Translations under genes and position numbers: made by a program | The notes under the pieces: generated by a model | Told to the model about the DNA's origin: nothing | What the model saw: the letters and a program-made list of their open reading frames with translations, nothing else | The model's database searches: none | In this document: positions 55,211 through 64,000 of the stretch, piece after piece | Position numbering within the stretch: the first letter of the stretch is position 1 | How the letters are laid out: every line of letters begins with the position of its first letter | Source of the DNA: Spirochaetota bacterium | Lineage (GTDB): Bacteria > Spirochaetota > UBA4802 > JAFGJZ01 | DNA length: 64,000 nt | Direction of reading: 5' to 3' | Assembly: GCA_016928815.1 (NCBI GenBank) | Contig: JAFGJZ010000177.1 | Location: 987-64,986 of the forward strand

Positions 55211-57027
55211 TGAATGATGCTGTAGAACTCCTTTCTCCGGCCCGTGACTATGAAGCTGCAGTTGCAGCGGTAAACAGCGGAGCTGATGCCGTATACATAG
55301 GTGCTGACAGATTTTCCGCGAGAAAAAATGCATCAAACACGCTCAGTGAAATCGCCAGAGTAATTTCATATGCGCATGTCTATTACTGCAGGGTGTATGT
55401 TGCTCTTAACACCCTGCTGTTTGAAAGCGAACTTGAGCCGGCGAGAAAACTTATTTATGACCTCTATGATGCAGGAGCTGATGCAGTTATTTTTCAGGAT
55501 GCATCAATTCTTGAAATGGATCTTCCTCCGATCAGACTGCATGCCAGTACACAATTCAATAATTACAGTCCGGAGAGAATAAAATTCCTTTCTGACAGCG
55601 GTATTGACCGGATTATTCTGGCCCGTGAGCTTACTCTGGATCAAATCAGGAATATTTCCAGACAGACTGATACCGAACTGGAAGTATTCATACACGGCGC
55701 TCTTTGCGTATCCATGTCCGGCCGTTGCTATATGAGTTATGCAGTCGGTTCAAGAAGTGCAAACCGCGGTGAATGCGCACAGCCCTGCAGAAAAAAATAT
55801 GTTTTATATGATTCTGAAAACAGGAAAATCGGTGAAAAATATTATCTTTCAATGAAAGATCTTGACCGCAGCATGTATATTGAGGAACTGATAGCTGCCG
55901 GCATATCTTCCTTTAAAATTGAAGGAAGACTGAAAGGCGCCGATTACGTTAAAAACGTTACGGCATATTACAGAAAAAAGATTGATTCGGTTCTTGACAA
56001 AACCGGACATGTGAAATCAGGTTCCGGTTATTGTACCTGGTCTTTTACTCCGGATCCCTATAAAACTTTTAACCGGGGATTTACAGATTTCAATTTTCTA
56101 AAAAAAAATACGGAAACTGCTGCCGTGATGACTCCTAAGTCACTGGGAGAATATGCCGGAAAAATCATTTCTGCGGAAAATGATTATCTCAGAGTGGATA
56201 CTAACCTCGAGTTAAGTGCCGGAGACGGAATATGTTTTTTTAATGAATCCGGACTTTCAGGTGCCACAATAAACAGAGTGGAAGGAGACAGACTCTATTT
56301 CAGGACAAATGTGTTTCCGGTGGCAGGTGAATCTTTTTACAGAAATTCAAATATCAGATTTCAGAAAGTGCTTGATTCGGCGGACTCAGCAATACGCAGA
56401 ATAAATACTGCAATTTCCATTAACAATGAATGCATTGCTGTTACGGATTCTGACGGCAACAAAGTAACGGCTGATATTTCAAAAGATGAAATACCTCAGG
56501 TTGAAAACCGTGACAACTATATGAATCTTATTGAAAAAGCATTTAGAAAAACAGGTGATACTGTTTTTAATGTCTCGGAAATTTTCATTTCAGATTCATT
56601 TAATAAGTTTTATAAAATTTCGGAATTAAACGGAATAAGACGTGCTCTAATGCAGAAACTTTATATTGAGAGACTGAAGAATTATCCATTAATGCCTGTT
56701 AAGGTAAAAAAAACCGTACCGTATTATACCAGCAGATTAGACTCTGCAGATAATGTTACAAATACGCTTGCTGAAAATTTTTACAGGAAAAGGAATGTAA
56801 GTCTGATTGAAAGCGGAATTGAAAAATCGGTCTCCGCACCTGCCGGTTATAACCTTATGGAATCAAAATACTGCATTATGAAAGAAACAGGATTGTGTAT
56901 GGGTGAGAATACACCAGAAGGTTATTATATTGAAAATGAAAACGGTGATAAATTCAGTATAGTTACTGACTGTTTAAACTGTACCATGTATATTAAAGGG
57001 AAATGTGAAGATGAAGGAACTGATTAA
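55210..57027 (+). CDS. Peptidase U32 family protein (collagenase PrtC-like / RNA-hydroxylase family) with long C-terminal extension
   Basis: U32 signature region (EVFIHGALCVSMSGRCYMS, CAQPCRKKY). 605 aa. ATG overlaps the upstream stop (TAATG). Confidence 0.8.
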   Translation: MNDAVELLSPARDYEAAVAAVNSGADAVYIGADRFSARKNASNTLSEIARVISYAHVYYCRVYVALNTLLFESELEPARKLIYDLYDAGADAVIFQDASILEMDLPPIRLHASTQFNNYSPERIKFLSDSGIDRIILARELTLDQIRNISRQTDTELEVFIHGALCVSMSGRCYMSYAVGSRSANRGECAQPCRKKYVLYDSENRKIGEKYYLSMKDLDRSMYIEELIAAGISSFKIEGRLKGADYVKNVTAYYRKKIDSVLDKTGHVKSGSGYCTWSFTPDPYKTFNRGFTDFNFLKKNTETAAVMTPKSLGEYAGKIISAENDYLRVDTNLELSAGDGICFFNESGLSGATINRVEGDRLYFRTNVFPVAGESFYRNSNIRFQKVLDSADSAIRRINTAISINNECIAVTDSDGNKVTADISKDEIPQVENRDNYMNLIEKAFRKTGDTVFNVSEIFISDSFNKFYKISELNGIRRALMQKLYIERLKNYPLMPVKVKKTVPYYTSRLDSADNVTNTLAENFYRKRNVSLIESGIEKSVSAPAGYNLMESKYCIMKETGLCMGENTPEGYYIENENGDKFSIVTDCLNCTMYIKGKCEDEGTD

Positions 57028-57868
57028 ACTTGGAATAATTGAAGAAATAACGAACAATACCACACTGCAGAAAGGAGAAGTGGTACGGCGTATTTCCGCA
57101 GAAAAGGATCTCCAGGCATGTTTTATGATGTATGATGAAAGCGGTGATCCTGTTGTTGCCAATGTGATTGATATGAAAAATTGCGGATTTGCGGCTGAAG
57201 CAGGAATTCTTAAAATCGGCAATAATGATAAATTTTACAGATTTATAAAAACTTTTTCAAACTGTCCGACATCAGGAAAGGCAAAAGAAATATTGGAAGA
57301 GTGGCCGCTGTATAAAAAAAACAGGGATATGAGGAAATCAATGCTTAATTTCATGATGATGTCCTATGCTCCGATGCAGATTCTTGATTTTAAAAATACT
57401 TCAAACATGAAGTTTTTATTTATTCCGATTCAGCAGAAATTTAGAATCGGCAGCAGCGAGGAAAAAATAAACTGGAATAAGGTCAGAAAAGACAAATTCA
57501 CCGAACAGATTGCCGGACTTAAAGCGGGTGAACATATTACCTACATTGCTTTCATTCCTGCAAATAACAGCCATTCCCCGCTGTTTTACTCAGTAGGAAC
57601 AAAACCTCATGAAACAACACATGCTTCCTTAAGATCTGAAGTCTTTATTTTTGAACCTACGCACGGCGGTCATATTAAAGCGGTTCAGACTGAAAACGGA
57701 AGTCTGAAATATCTGGTAGATGCCGGTTCCAGTTATCTCGGAAGAGGTGCGGCAACTTCTCTCGTCAAGGCTGAGGATGTGGTGAAAGCACTGAAACGAA
57801 TATACCCTGATCTTGTCTTTACCGCGCTTCCCGGACGTGAAGCTTTCGGCACAGGCCAGAGCTATTAA
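57011..57868 (+). CDS. Hypothetical protein, translationally coupled to the U32 gene
   Basis: 17-bp overlap with the U32 gene. No known motif, but conserved-looking EPTHGGH and LPGREAFGTGQ segments. Confidence 0.5.
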   Translation: MKELIKLGIIEEITNNTTLQKGEVVRRISAEKDLQACFMMYDESGDPVVANVIDMKNCGFAAEAGILKIGNNDKFYRFIKTFSNCPTSGKAKEILEEWPLYKKNRDMRKSMLNFMMMSYAPMQILDFKNTSNMKFLFIPIQQKFRIGSSEEKINWNKVRKDKFTEQIAGLKAGEHITYIAFIPANNSHSPLFYSVGTKPHETTHASLRSEVFIFEPTHGGHIKAVQTENGSLKYLVDAGSSYLGRGAATSLVKAEDVVKALKRIYPDLVFTALPGREAFGTGQSY

Positions 57869-57870
57869 AA

Positions 57871-58248
57871 TTAATTTCGGTTTTTAAATTCCCATCGTAT
57901 TTTTTTCAGTTCCAGATAATCAATGAAATCGTCTTCATTTCTGAATATCCTAACGAAATAATCGTCTTCACCTTCGAATTCACAGTGGTTTTCCTCGTTA
58001 GGATAATCCCTGCATATTTTAGGTCTGGATTCATAGCTGCTGCATAGTCCGTTTTTAATTTTTGTACAAGGCGTCTGAAACTTGACAAACCAGCAGTTTT
58101 CATGATCTATAAACACTTCAATATTCTCGTGAAGCAGGTACCATCTGATGTGATCGTAATCCTTTTTACAGTCAGGCTTATCTATCTGTATTGCTACATG
58201 TTTGCAGCAGAGTGCATCGCATTTTGAACAGTCAGGACTGCTACTCAT
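57871..58248 (-). CDS. YkgJ-family Cys-cluster protein (putative Zn/Fe-chelating domain, UPF0153)
   Basis: CSKCDALCCK ... CWF ... C..C.....C pattern typical of YkgJ/FliB-like CxxCxxCC proteins. 125 aa. Confidence 0.65.
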   Translation of the reverse strand: MSSSPDCSKCDALCCKHVAIQIDKPDCKKDYDHIRWYLLHENIEVFIDHENCWFVKFQTPCTKIKNGLCSSYESRPKICRDYPNEENHCEFEGEDDYFVRIFRNEDDFIDYLELKKIRWEFKNRN

Positions 58249-58325
58249 AATTTATCTCCGTTGATCCAACATTCCGGTTAACGGAATTTTTAGTCAAACA
58301 AAAGATATGTAAAAAGAAAAAAATC

Positions 58326-59057
58326 TTGACTCAAAAAACCATATGTTTAATATTACTGGATGAGATCAATATGCACGAAATAGCTAATTATAATGACATT
58401 GTTCCTGAAGACTTACGTATTAAACTTAATTCGCAGGAAAATAAAGTTAAACTTGAACAGATTACCGGAAATGACGGCAGAATTGAGCAACCGTATATTT
58501 TTGTAGTCGGGCTTGGTGAAAAACATTTTAAGGATTTTGATATTCAGATTCAGAAACTTACTGAAGATTACCCATGGCTGAAGAAAAAACATATACGTTT
58601 TGTAATGAATGAACTGATTATCAATACCCAGTTTTCGATGCTTCGCCAGGTAATTAAAAATGTTCCTGACGGTTTAAAGGTCCCGGCATATTTTTACGTA
58701 CTAATTTATGTAAGCGATTCCTTTTTTTCCGCAAATATTGAAGAATACGGTGATTTCTTTGATTATTACGGATATCTTGAAAACGGATTCTGCGACGGCA
58801 AGCATGTTGATGAAATAATTGAAGATATGTATGATGATTCGAATACTGAAAAAATGAATGATCTTAATTCTCTTTCAGGCGGTAAAATTAAACTGATTTT
58901 AAACCTGAATAATGACCTTATCGTTCCGGATGATTCCAATAAAATCGGACTTAATGTAATAGAAAATGCCACAGATCATGATTTCTACATTACTTCTTTT
59001 TATAAAAACGGTGTTTATCAGTGGAAAAGAATTTCTTTCAGAATTGAAAACAGCTGA
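58326..59057 (+). CDS. Hypothetical acidic protein (243 aa)
   Basis: ORF with upstream promoter-like TTGACT. Weak N-box-like NELIINT segment; no firm assignment. Confidence 0.45.
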   Translation: MTQKTICLILLDEINMHEIANYNDIVPEDLRIKLNSQENKVKLEQITGNDGRIEQPYIFVVGLGEKHFKDFDIQIQKLTEDYPWLKKKHIRFVMNELIINTQFSMLRQVIKNVPDGLKVPAYFYVLIYVSDSFFSANIEEYGDFFDYYGYLENGFCDGKHVDEIIEDMYDDSNTEKMNDLNSLSGGKIKLILNLNNDLIVPDDSNKIGLNVIENATDHDFYITSFYKNGVYQWKRISFRIENS

Positions 59058-59059
59058 TT

Positions 59060-59782
59060 TTATTCCAACAAAGCGCCGCATACCCCGTCAATATCATCTT
59101 CAATTTTGAGATTTATCCGGCTGTCATATCCTGTTTTGCCTTTATTGATTATTACAAAAATACAACCTGATTTCTTATACATCGGCAGCGAAGCGACTGG
59201 AAATACTGAAAATGATGTTCCAATGGCAAGCAGAAGATCGCTTTTGGAGACTGCAGCAACTGCTTCGTCCATTCCTTTTACATTTTCTCCGAAAAAAACT
59301 ACATCCGGTTTCAGAACACCGCTGCATTTCCTGCAATGCGGAATTGAATTAAGCGGAAAATACCCATCAGCAGGGGAAAGGTCTTTGCATCGTGTACAGA
59401 TCATTGTATCAAGACTGCCGTGTGCACGGACAATTTTCCTGTTTCCCGCTTTTTCGTGAAGGCCGTCAATATTCTGTGTTATAAGCAGTTCCAGTTTTCC
59501 GTTTTTTTCAAGCTGATAGATGAATTTATGTGCAGTTGTGGGAACAGAATTGATGCAAATTTCAAAAAAGTCCGTCATAACTGAATAAAAATAATCCGGA
59601 TTTGTCCTGAAATAATTTATGTCAAAAATTTTATCGGTATTGATATCTTTCCTGCTGTATAGACCTCCGGGTCCCCTGAAATCAGGTATGCCTGCAGATG
59701 TCGAAATACCGGCTCCGGTTATTACCGTAATTCTATGAGATTTCTCAATATATTTGTGCAGTTGATTTATTGTTTCTTTCAT
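59060..59782 (-). CDS. cobB: NAD-dependent protein deacylase, Sir2 family (CobB-like)
   Basis: GAGISTSAGIPDFRG NAD-binding motif, Zn ribbon CTRC...CRKC, catalytic His (AHGS). 240 aa. Confidence 0.85.
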   Translation of the reverse strand: MKETINQLHKYIEKSHRITVITGAGISTSAGIPDFRGPGGLYSRKDINTDKIFDINYFRTNPDYFYSVMTDFFEICINSVPTTAHKFIYQLEKNGKLELLITQNIDGLHEKAGNRKIVRAHGSLDTMICTRCKDLSPADGYFPLNSIPHCRKCSGVLKPDVVFFGENVKGMDEAVAAVSKSDLLLAIGTSFSVFPVASLPMYKKSGCIFVIINKGKTGYDSRINLKIEDDIDGVCGALLE

Positions 59783-59954
59783 TGCGCCGCCTTTATATAT
59801 AATAAGATCGGTATGGTCACATGTACACTTTATCAGGATCTCCGTTGATTTCCTGATTTATACATGCTGTAAGTCTCCTGTTGAAGCAGATGAATCAAGA
59901 AATTGTTGATTTATGATTGTAATATTTCGATAATAGTATTAAATTAAAATTCAG

Positions 59955-60362
59955 GTGGAAAAAATGGAAATACCGTTTGAACATAAGGAAAATTCAGATT
60001 TTTCATGGATATTATTATATGACGGTGAATGTTCCTTATGCATCAGATTTGCCGGATTTATTTCGCGGTTTGATAAAAAGCATGAAATTTTTCCAATTCC
60101 TCTGCAGAAATATATTGAAACTGATGACAGCATAACATATGATGATTTAATGAAGGATGTACATCTTCTGGGAGTAAATGGAGAGGTTTTGACAGGTGCT
60201 GCAGCCGTGAATATGATACTGCAGATTGTACCTGCGGCCGGACCATACCGCTGGATGATGAAAACTAAAGCCGGGGAAAAGTTGTCTAAAGCTGCTTATA
60301 TGACTTTAAAAATAATACGGGGCTGCCCGTCCTGCGGCCGGCAGTATAAATTCGGCAGGTGA
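59955..60362 (+). CDS. DCC1-like thiol-disulfide oxidoreductase (DUF393)
   Basis: LLYDGECSLC motif near the N-terminus. 135 aa. Confidence 0.7.
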   Translation: MEKMEIPFEHKENSDFSWILLYDGECSLCIRFAGFISRFDKKHEIFPIPLQKYIETDDSITYDDLMKDVHLLGVNGEVLTGAAAVNMILQIVPAAGPYRWMMKTKAGEKLSKAAYMTLKIIRGCPSCGRQYKFGR

Positions 60363-60371
60363 AGGTGAATT

Positions 60372-61640
60372 TTGATAAAAAAATATGTAATACTGAAATT
60401 CGGTGATGAAGATTTTTCGGTAGGCAGAATACTATCGCCTGAATTAAAACTGGAAACGGAATACTACAGCAGTTCTTTTTTACCTGAGGCCGGAAATTTT
60501 TATCTTGTAATTTATAATGAGAGAACGGTTTCAAAAGAATCGGATGAAGTTTTCAAAAATATGATTTCAAACCGGATAAAATTTCTGATTGTAGTATCAG
60601 TCATATCATATAAAACTGCTGTTCATCTGTACGGATATACGCCTAATCTGATTTTTATGCCGGCGAATGCATTCTTTATTGAGAAGAAAATTACTGAAAT
60701 AACCGGTGAGTCGCTGCTAAAGAAGAGTCTGCTTAAAAGGATAATTTTTCAGCAATTTGATAATATCAGGCATCTTCAGAAAATATTTGCCGGCCTTTAC
60801 CGGTTTGACCCGCTTTTGAAAAATATTATTCTTAATATAACCGATCATGTGGATGAAGAACAGACGGTAAATGAAAAGCTCATAGCAGATGCGGAAAAAG
60901 CGCTGAAAAACGGTGATTTTCAGATGTATTTTCAGCCTGTTGTTGATATTGCCACCAGTCAGCTGTCAGGTTTTGAAAGTCTGATCAGATGGAATGATCC
61001 GGTAAAAGGTATGATATCCCCGGACGATTTTATTCCGGTACTTGAGACAACAGATTTTATTTTTGAACTTACATACTGGATAATTGAAGAAGTAATAAAG
61101 TTTATTGCCGAACTGAATAAAACTGAATTTTCCGGTAAAAGAATAAATGTTAATATCTGCGCCAAGCATTTCCATCTTGAAAAGCTTGTCGAAACTATTG
61201 AATCATTCAGGGAAAGATACGGTATTGAAGCCCGTCAGCTTGGGGTGGAAATAACGGAAAGCGCATTTATGGAAGATATGAAAATTGCAAACCTGAATCT
61301 GCTGAAATTGAAATCCCTGAACTATCCGCTTTACATGGATGATTTCGGTACAGGTTATTCCTCCCTGTCATATCTTCAGCATTTTCCGGTGGAAATAATT
61401 AAAATTGATAAATCATTTGTAAGATGGATGCATGTAGATGAACAGAGTGAGCTGATTGTTAAATCAATCATCGCACTTGCGCATGGATTGAACATGAAAG
61501 TGGTTGCGGAAGGTGTTGAGGAGGATGAGCATATCGGTCTGCTGAAAGAATACGGCTGTGAATACGGACAGGGCTATTTATTTTCAAAACCCCTGGATAA
61601 AAAAGGAGTGTTGCAGTATATTGATGAATACAGGTCTTGA
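60372..61640 (+). CDS. EAL-domain c-di-GMP phosphodiesterase with unassigned N-terminal ~160 aa domain (no GGDEF)
   Basis: EAL motifs (QPVVDI, ESLIRW, EITES, DDFGTGYSSL, KIDKSF, EGVE). TTG start after AGGTGA. Confidence 0.8.
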   Translation: MIKKYVILKFGDEDFSVGRILSPELKLETEYYSSSFLPEAGNFYLVIYNERTVSKESDEVFKNMISNRIKFLIVVSVISYKTAVHLYGYTPNLIFMPANAFFIEKKITEITGESLLKKSLLKRIIFQQFDNIRHLQKIFAGLYRFDPLLKNIILNITDHVDEEQTVNEKLIADAEKALKNGDFQMYFQPVVDIATSQLSGFESLIRWNDPVKGMISPDDFIPVLETTDFIFELTYWIIEEVIKFIAELNKTEFSGKRINVNICAKHFHLEKLVETIESFRERYGIEARQLGVEITESAFMEDMKIANLNLLKLKSLNYPLYMDDFGTGYSSLSYLQHFPVEIIKIDKSFVRWMHVDEQSELIVKSIIALAHGLNMKVVAEGVEEDEHIGLLKEYGCEYGQGYLFSKPLDKKGVLQYIDEYRS

Positions 61641-63510
61641 CAATAACGATGTAGTAACGGCGCTTCTTGAGAATGAAGCTTTCGGAATTTATGTAACTGA
61701 CATGGACGGTGAATTACTCGCTTACAATAAAATTGTAAAAAAAATTCTTAATATTTCCGATTCACCGGAGAAGAAAAATATTAATAATTATTACTATTTT
61801 CCAGATGACAGGAATGTAATTCCACACGGAATTTTAAAATCCGGACATATGATTTATGAAACCAGAATGATCAATTCGGCTGAAGAGATTATATGGGTAA
61901 AAATAGCTTTCAAGTCAATCAAGTATAACGGTAGAAATGCAATTCTCGGAATAATTGAAAATATTAATGATAAAAAGGAAATAGAAAACGAACTGATAGA
62001 CCAGCAGAATCAGGAGAAAATAGTCCGCAATGTTACCGTAAATCTGTTAAATACTGATTTTTCTGATATAGAAGAAACAATAAATTCTTCACTAAAAATA
62101 ATCGGGAAATTCTATAATGTAGACTATGTTGCGTTTGCTGTACTTAATATGCTGTCCAACCGGAACAAACCCCAATATTACTGGTCAAGGGATGAGGAAT
62201 CCTTTAACCGTCTTGTTGACAATAATTTTGATGTTGAAATTTCATGGATTAAAAAACTGTTTGCCGAATATGATTCCCTTCTTTACTGCTGCCGTGTATC
62301 AAACAAAATTACCTTAAATGAAAAGAAGATACATAATTTTTTTAAAGACAGGGGAATTGCGTCTTTTGCAGGCTGCGTACTCAAGTCGGCAGGTCAGATT
62401 AATTCCTATTTCGGAATGTGCAATTTTAGCGGACAGATGATAAAGTGCCCTAAAAATCTGGTTAACACATTAAGTATTCTTCTCGAAAATTTTTATAATA
62501 TAATGCAGAAAAAAGAAACCTTTTTTCTTTATAACATATTCAGATATGCAGTTGAGTATTCCAAGGATGCAATTGTATATTTTGATAAGAACAGCAGCAT
62601 GCAGGCCTGTAATGATTTTTTCAGAAAGATATTCAGCATTGAAAAGGTCAGAATATCCGAACTGGAACTCTCTGATATTTTCAGTAATCAGTTTCTGACC
62701 GTCTTCAGGGACCTTCATTTTGAAAAATGCATGAATGGTGAAAATCAGTATCTTGAACAATGGTATGAATTTAATGACGGAATAAAACGTTTTGCCGGTT
62801 TTAATCTGTATCCGTTTAAAAATGACAACGGGAAGGTTGTCGGTGTTGTAATGATTATTCAGGATAAAACTGAAAATTATAAAAATGAAACGGAAATTCT
62901 AACACTCCGTGAAGAGGAAAGACAGAAAATCGGTCTGGAACTTCATGATGACCTTTCTCATGATCTTCTTGAAATAGCTATCGGTGCAAATACAATTGCA
63001 TCAAGGATTAAGGATAAGGACGGCAGCAGTTATGAAAGTCTGAAAATTCTTGAAAAAAAAATAAATCTTACACTTGAAAAAACCCGTTCACTTTCAAAAA
63101 AATTCTGCAGTTTCTATGATTTTGAACAGAATATGTATAATCTGGTTGAAAAAATCGTTGAAAATAATTACAGTTTTAATATCGATTTTACAATCAACTG
63201 CCGCAAGAATCTAAATTTAAAAAATCCGTTTAAGTCTGAAAGTATTTTTTACATTCTGTCTGAAAGTATTGTAAATATAGTTAAACATTCATCTGTAAAA
63301 AAAATATTGATTGATATAGAGGATGTGAATAATATTGTATATGTCAAAATCAAAAGCGACGGAATCACCAAAGAAAATAAAATACAGAGCAAATCCGGAA
63401 TAGGTTTTAAAATAATGAAATGCCGGGCCAGAATAATTGAGGCATCTCTCGATTATCAGATCAGAAAAGACGGTTCAACGGAAATATTTCTGAATTTTCA
63501 GAATAATTAG
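61624..63510 (+). CDS. PAS-domain sensor histidine kinase, HisKA_3 (NarL-partner) type
   Basis: Dimerisation/His box EERQKIGLELHDDLSHDL, C-terminal HATPase_c, two PAS-like regions. Start ATG 61624 overlaps the EAL stop by 17 bp (track start 61558 less likely). Confidence 0.75.
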   Translation: MNTGLDNNDVVTALLENEAFGIYVTDMDGELLAYNKIVKKILNISDSPEKKNINNYYYFPDDRNVIPHGILKSGHMIYETRMINSAEEIIWVKIAFKSIKYNGRNAILGIIENINDKKEIENELIDQQNQEKIVRNVTVNLLNTDFSDIEETINSSLKIIGKFYNVDYVAFAVLNMLSNRNKPQYYWSRDEESFNRLVDNNFDVEISWIKKLFAEYDSLLYCCRVSNKITLNEKKIHNFFKDRGIASFAGCVLKSAGQINSYFGMCNFSGQMIKCPKNLVNTLSILLENFYNIMQKKETFFLYNIFRYAVEYSKDAIVYFDKNSSMQACNDFFRKIFSIEKVRISELELSDIFSNQFLTVFRDLHFEKCMNGENQYLEQWYEFNDGIKRFAGFNLYPFKNDNGKVVGVVMIIQDKTENYKNETEILTLREEERQKIGLELHDDLSHDLLEIAIGANTIASRIKDKDGSSYESLKILEKKINLTLEKTRSLSKKFCSFYDFEQNMYNLVEKIVENNYSFNIDFTINCRKNLNLKNPFKSESIFYILSESIVNIVKHSSVKKILIDIEDVNNIVYVKIKSDGITKENKIQSKSGIGFKIMKCRARIIEASLDYQIRKDGSTEIFLNFQNN

Positions 63511-63521
63511 GCGGAATTTAA

Positions 63522-64000
63522 ATGGCAGTAAAAAAGACAATCTTTGTAGTCGATGATCATCCGATTGTATCCCAGGGGCTTGGATTGATGCTGGAGGATC
63601 ATGCAAAATTCAAAATTTCCGGATCAGCGGTCAGCGCATCGGAAGCTCTGGAGAAAATAAAAATCAAACAGCCTGATATTATGGTTGTTGATATTTCTCT
63701 TCAGGATGGTATAAACGGAATTGAGCTGATAAAAAAAATTTCTGAGCAGTATCCTGCCATTCTTACACTTGTTCTTTCAATGCATGATGAAAATGTTTAT
63801 GCTGAAAGAGCTCTGAAAGCCGGAGCGAAGGGCTACATTAAGAAAAGCGAGTTTACTGATAAGATAATTGATGCGCTTGAATTAATCACAAACAAGGGAA
63901 TTTTCCTGAGCAAGGAAATGACGAATACAATCATGCATCAGATTACCGCAAGTCAGATGAACACTGATAAAATCGGTATTGACAATCTCACAGACCGTGA
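63522..64000 (+). CDS. Response regulator, NarL/LuxR family (C-terminus cut by window edge)
   Basis: Receiver IFVVDDHPIV...IMVVDISLQDG...LSMHDE. Beginning of a LuxR HTH expected beyond the window. Confidence 0.75.
   Translation, partial: MAVKKTIFVVDDHPIVSQGLGLMLEDHAKFKISGSAVSASEALEKIKIKQPDIMVVDISLQDGINGIELIKKISEQYPAILTLVLSMHDENVYAERALKAGAKGYIKKSEFTDKIIDALELITNKGIFLSKEMTNTIMHQITASQMNTDKIGIDNLTDR

Noticed and set aside
58326-59057. 243-aa protein as a GHKL anti-sigma kinase partner for the orphan STAS
   Set aside because: Only a weak N-box-like NELIINT was seen; G1/G2 boxes are not convincing. Too speculative to call.
59060-59782. Sir2-domain gene as a possible anti-phage (Thoeris/DSR-like) effector
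   Set aside because: It is a short canonical sirtuin with a Rossmann NAD motif, a Zn-ribbon CxxC...CxxC and a catalytic His, i.e. a CobB-type deacylase. It has no fused SLOG/TIR/helicase domain and no defence-type neighbours.
1-64000. CRISPR arrays, IS elements or prophage remnants
   Set aside because: No regularly spaced direct repeats, no transposase or integrase-like ORFs other than xerD, and no phage structural genes were seen in any frame.

Overview
Low-GC (roughly 35-38 %) chromosomal segment, mostly housekeeping genes with tight operon structure. Recognisable genes include relA-maf, tsaC, clpS-clpA-aat, ppdK, tRNA-Thr/tRNA-Tyr, a MacAB-TolC-type efflux operon, xerD-like, spoIID, queA, nif3, recJ, ispF, tyrS, an ECF sigma/anti-sigma pair, uvrC, purSL-purQ, secreted peptidases, sir2 and a c-di-GMP/two-component module. 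The arrangement CfpA-like protein / hypothetical / pyruvate-phosphate dikinase with a vWA protein upstream matches, from memory, the Treponema cfpA-ppdK neighbourhood, so a spirochaete (Treponema-like) origin is likely. No CRISPR array, transposase, phage gene or integrative element is visible; the only recombinase is a XerD-type housekeeping enzyme. The ORF-track starts are sometimes alternative codons (TTG/GTG) shown as M, and several starts were re-assigned from RBS context. The most interesting candidates are: (i) a tightly coupled TetR - unknown - HD hydrolase - atypical radical-SAM (CX5CX2C, TRAM-like C-terminus) operon; (ii) a block of four lineage-specific genes (H1-like-tailed protein, vWA-TM-FHA signalling protein, CfpA-like 647 aa protein, 309 aa protein), each with its own TTGACAG-type promoter; (iii) a 15-nt motif shared upstream of purSL and the secreted C1 peptidase operon; (iv) an orphan 13-bp-stem terminator hairpin in an AT-rich spacer. 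No classical defence system could be supported from sequence alone.
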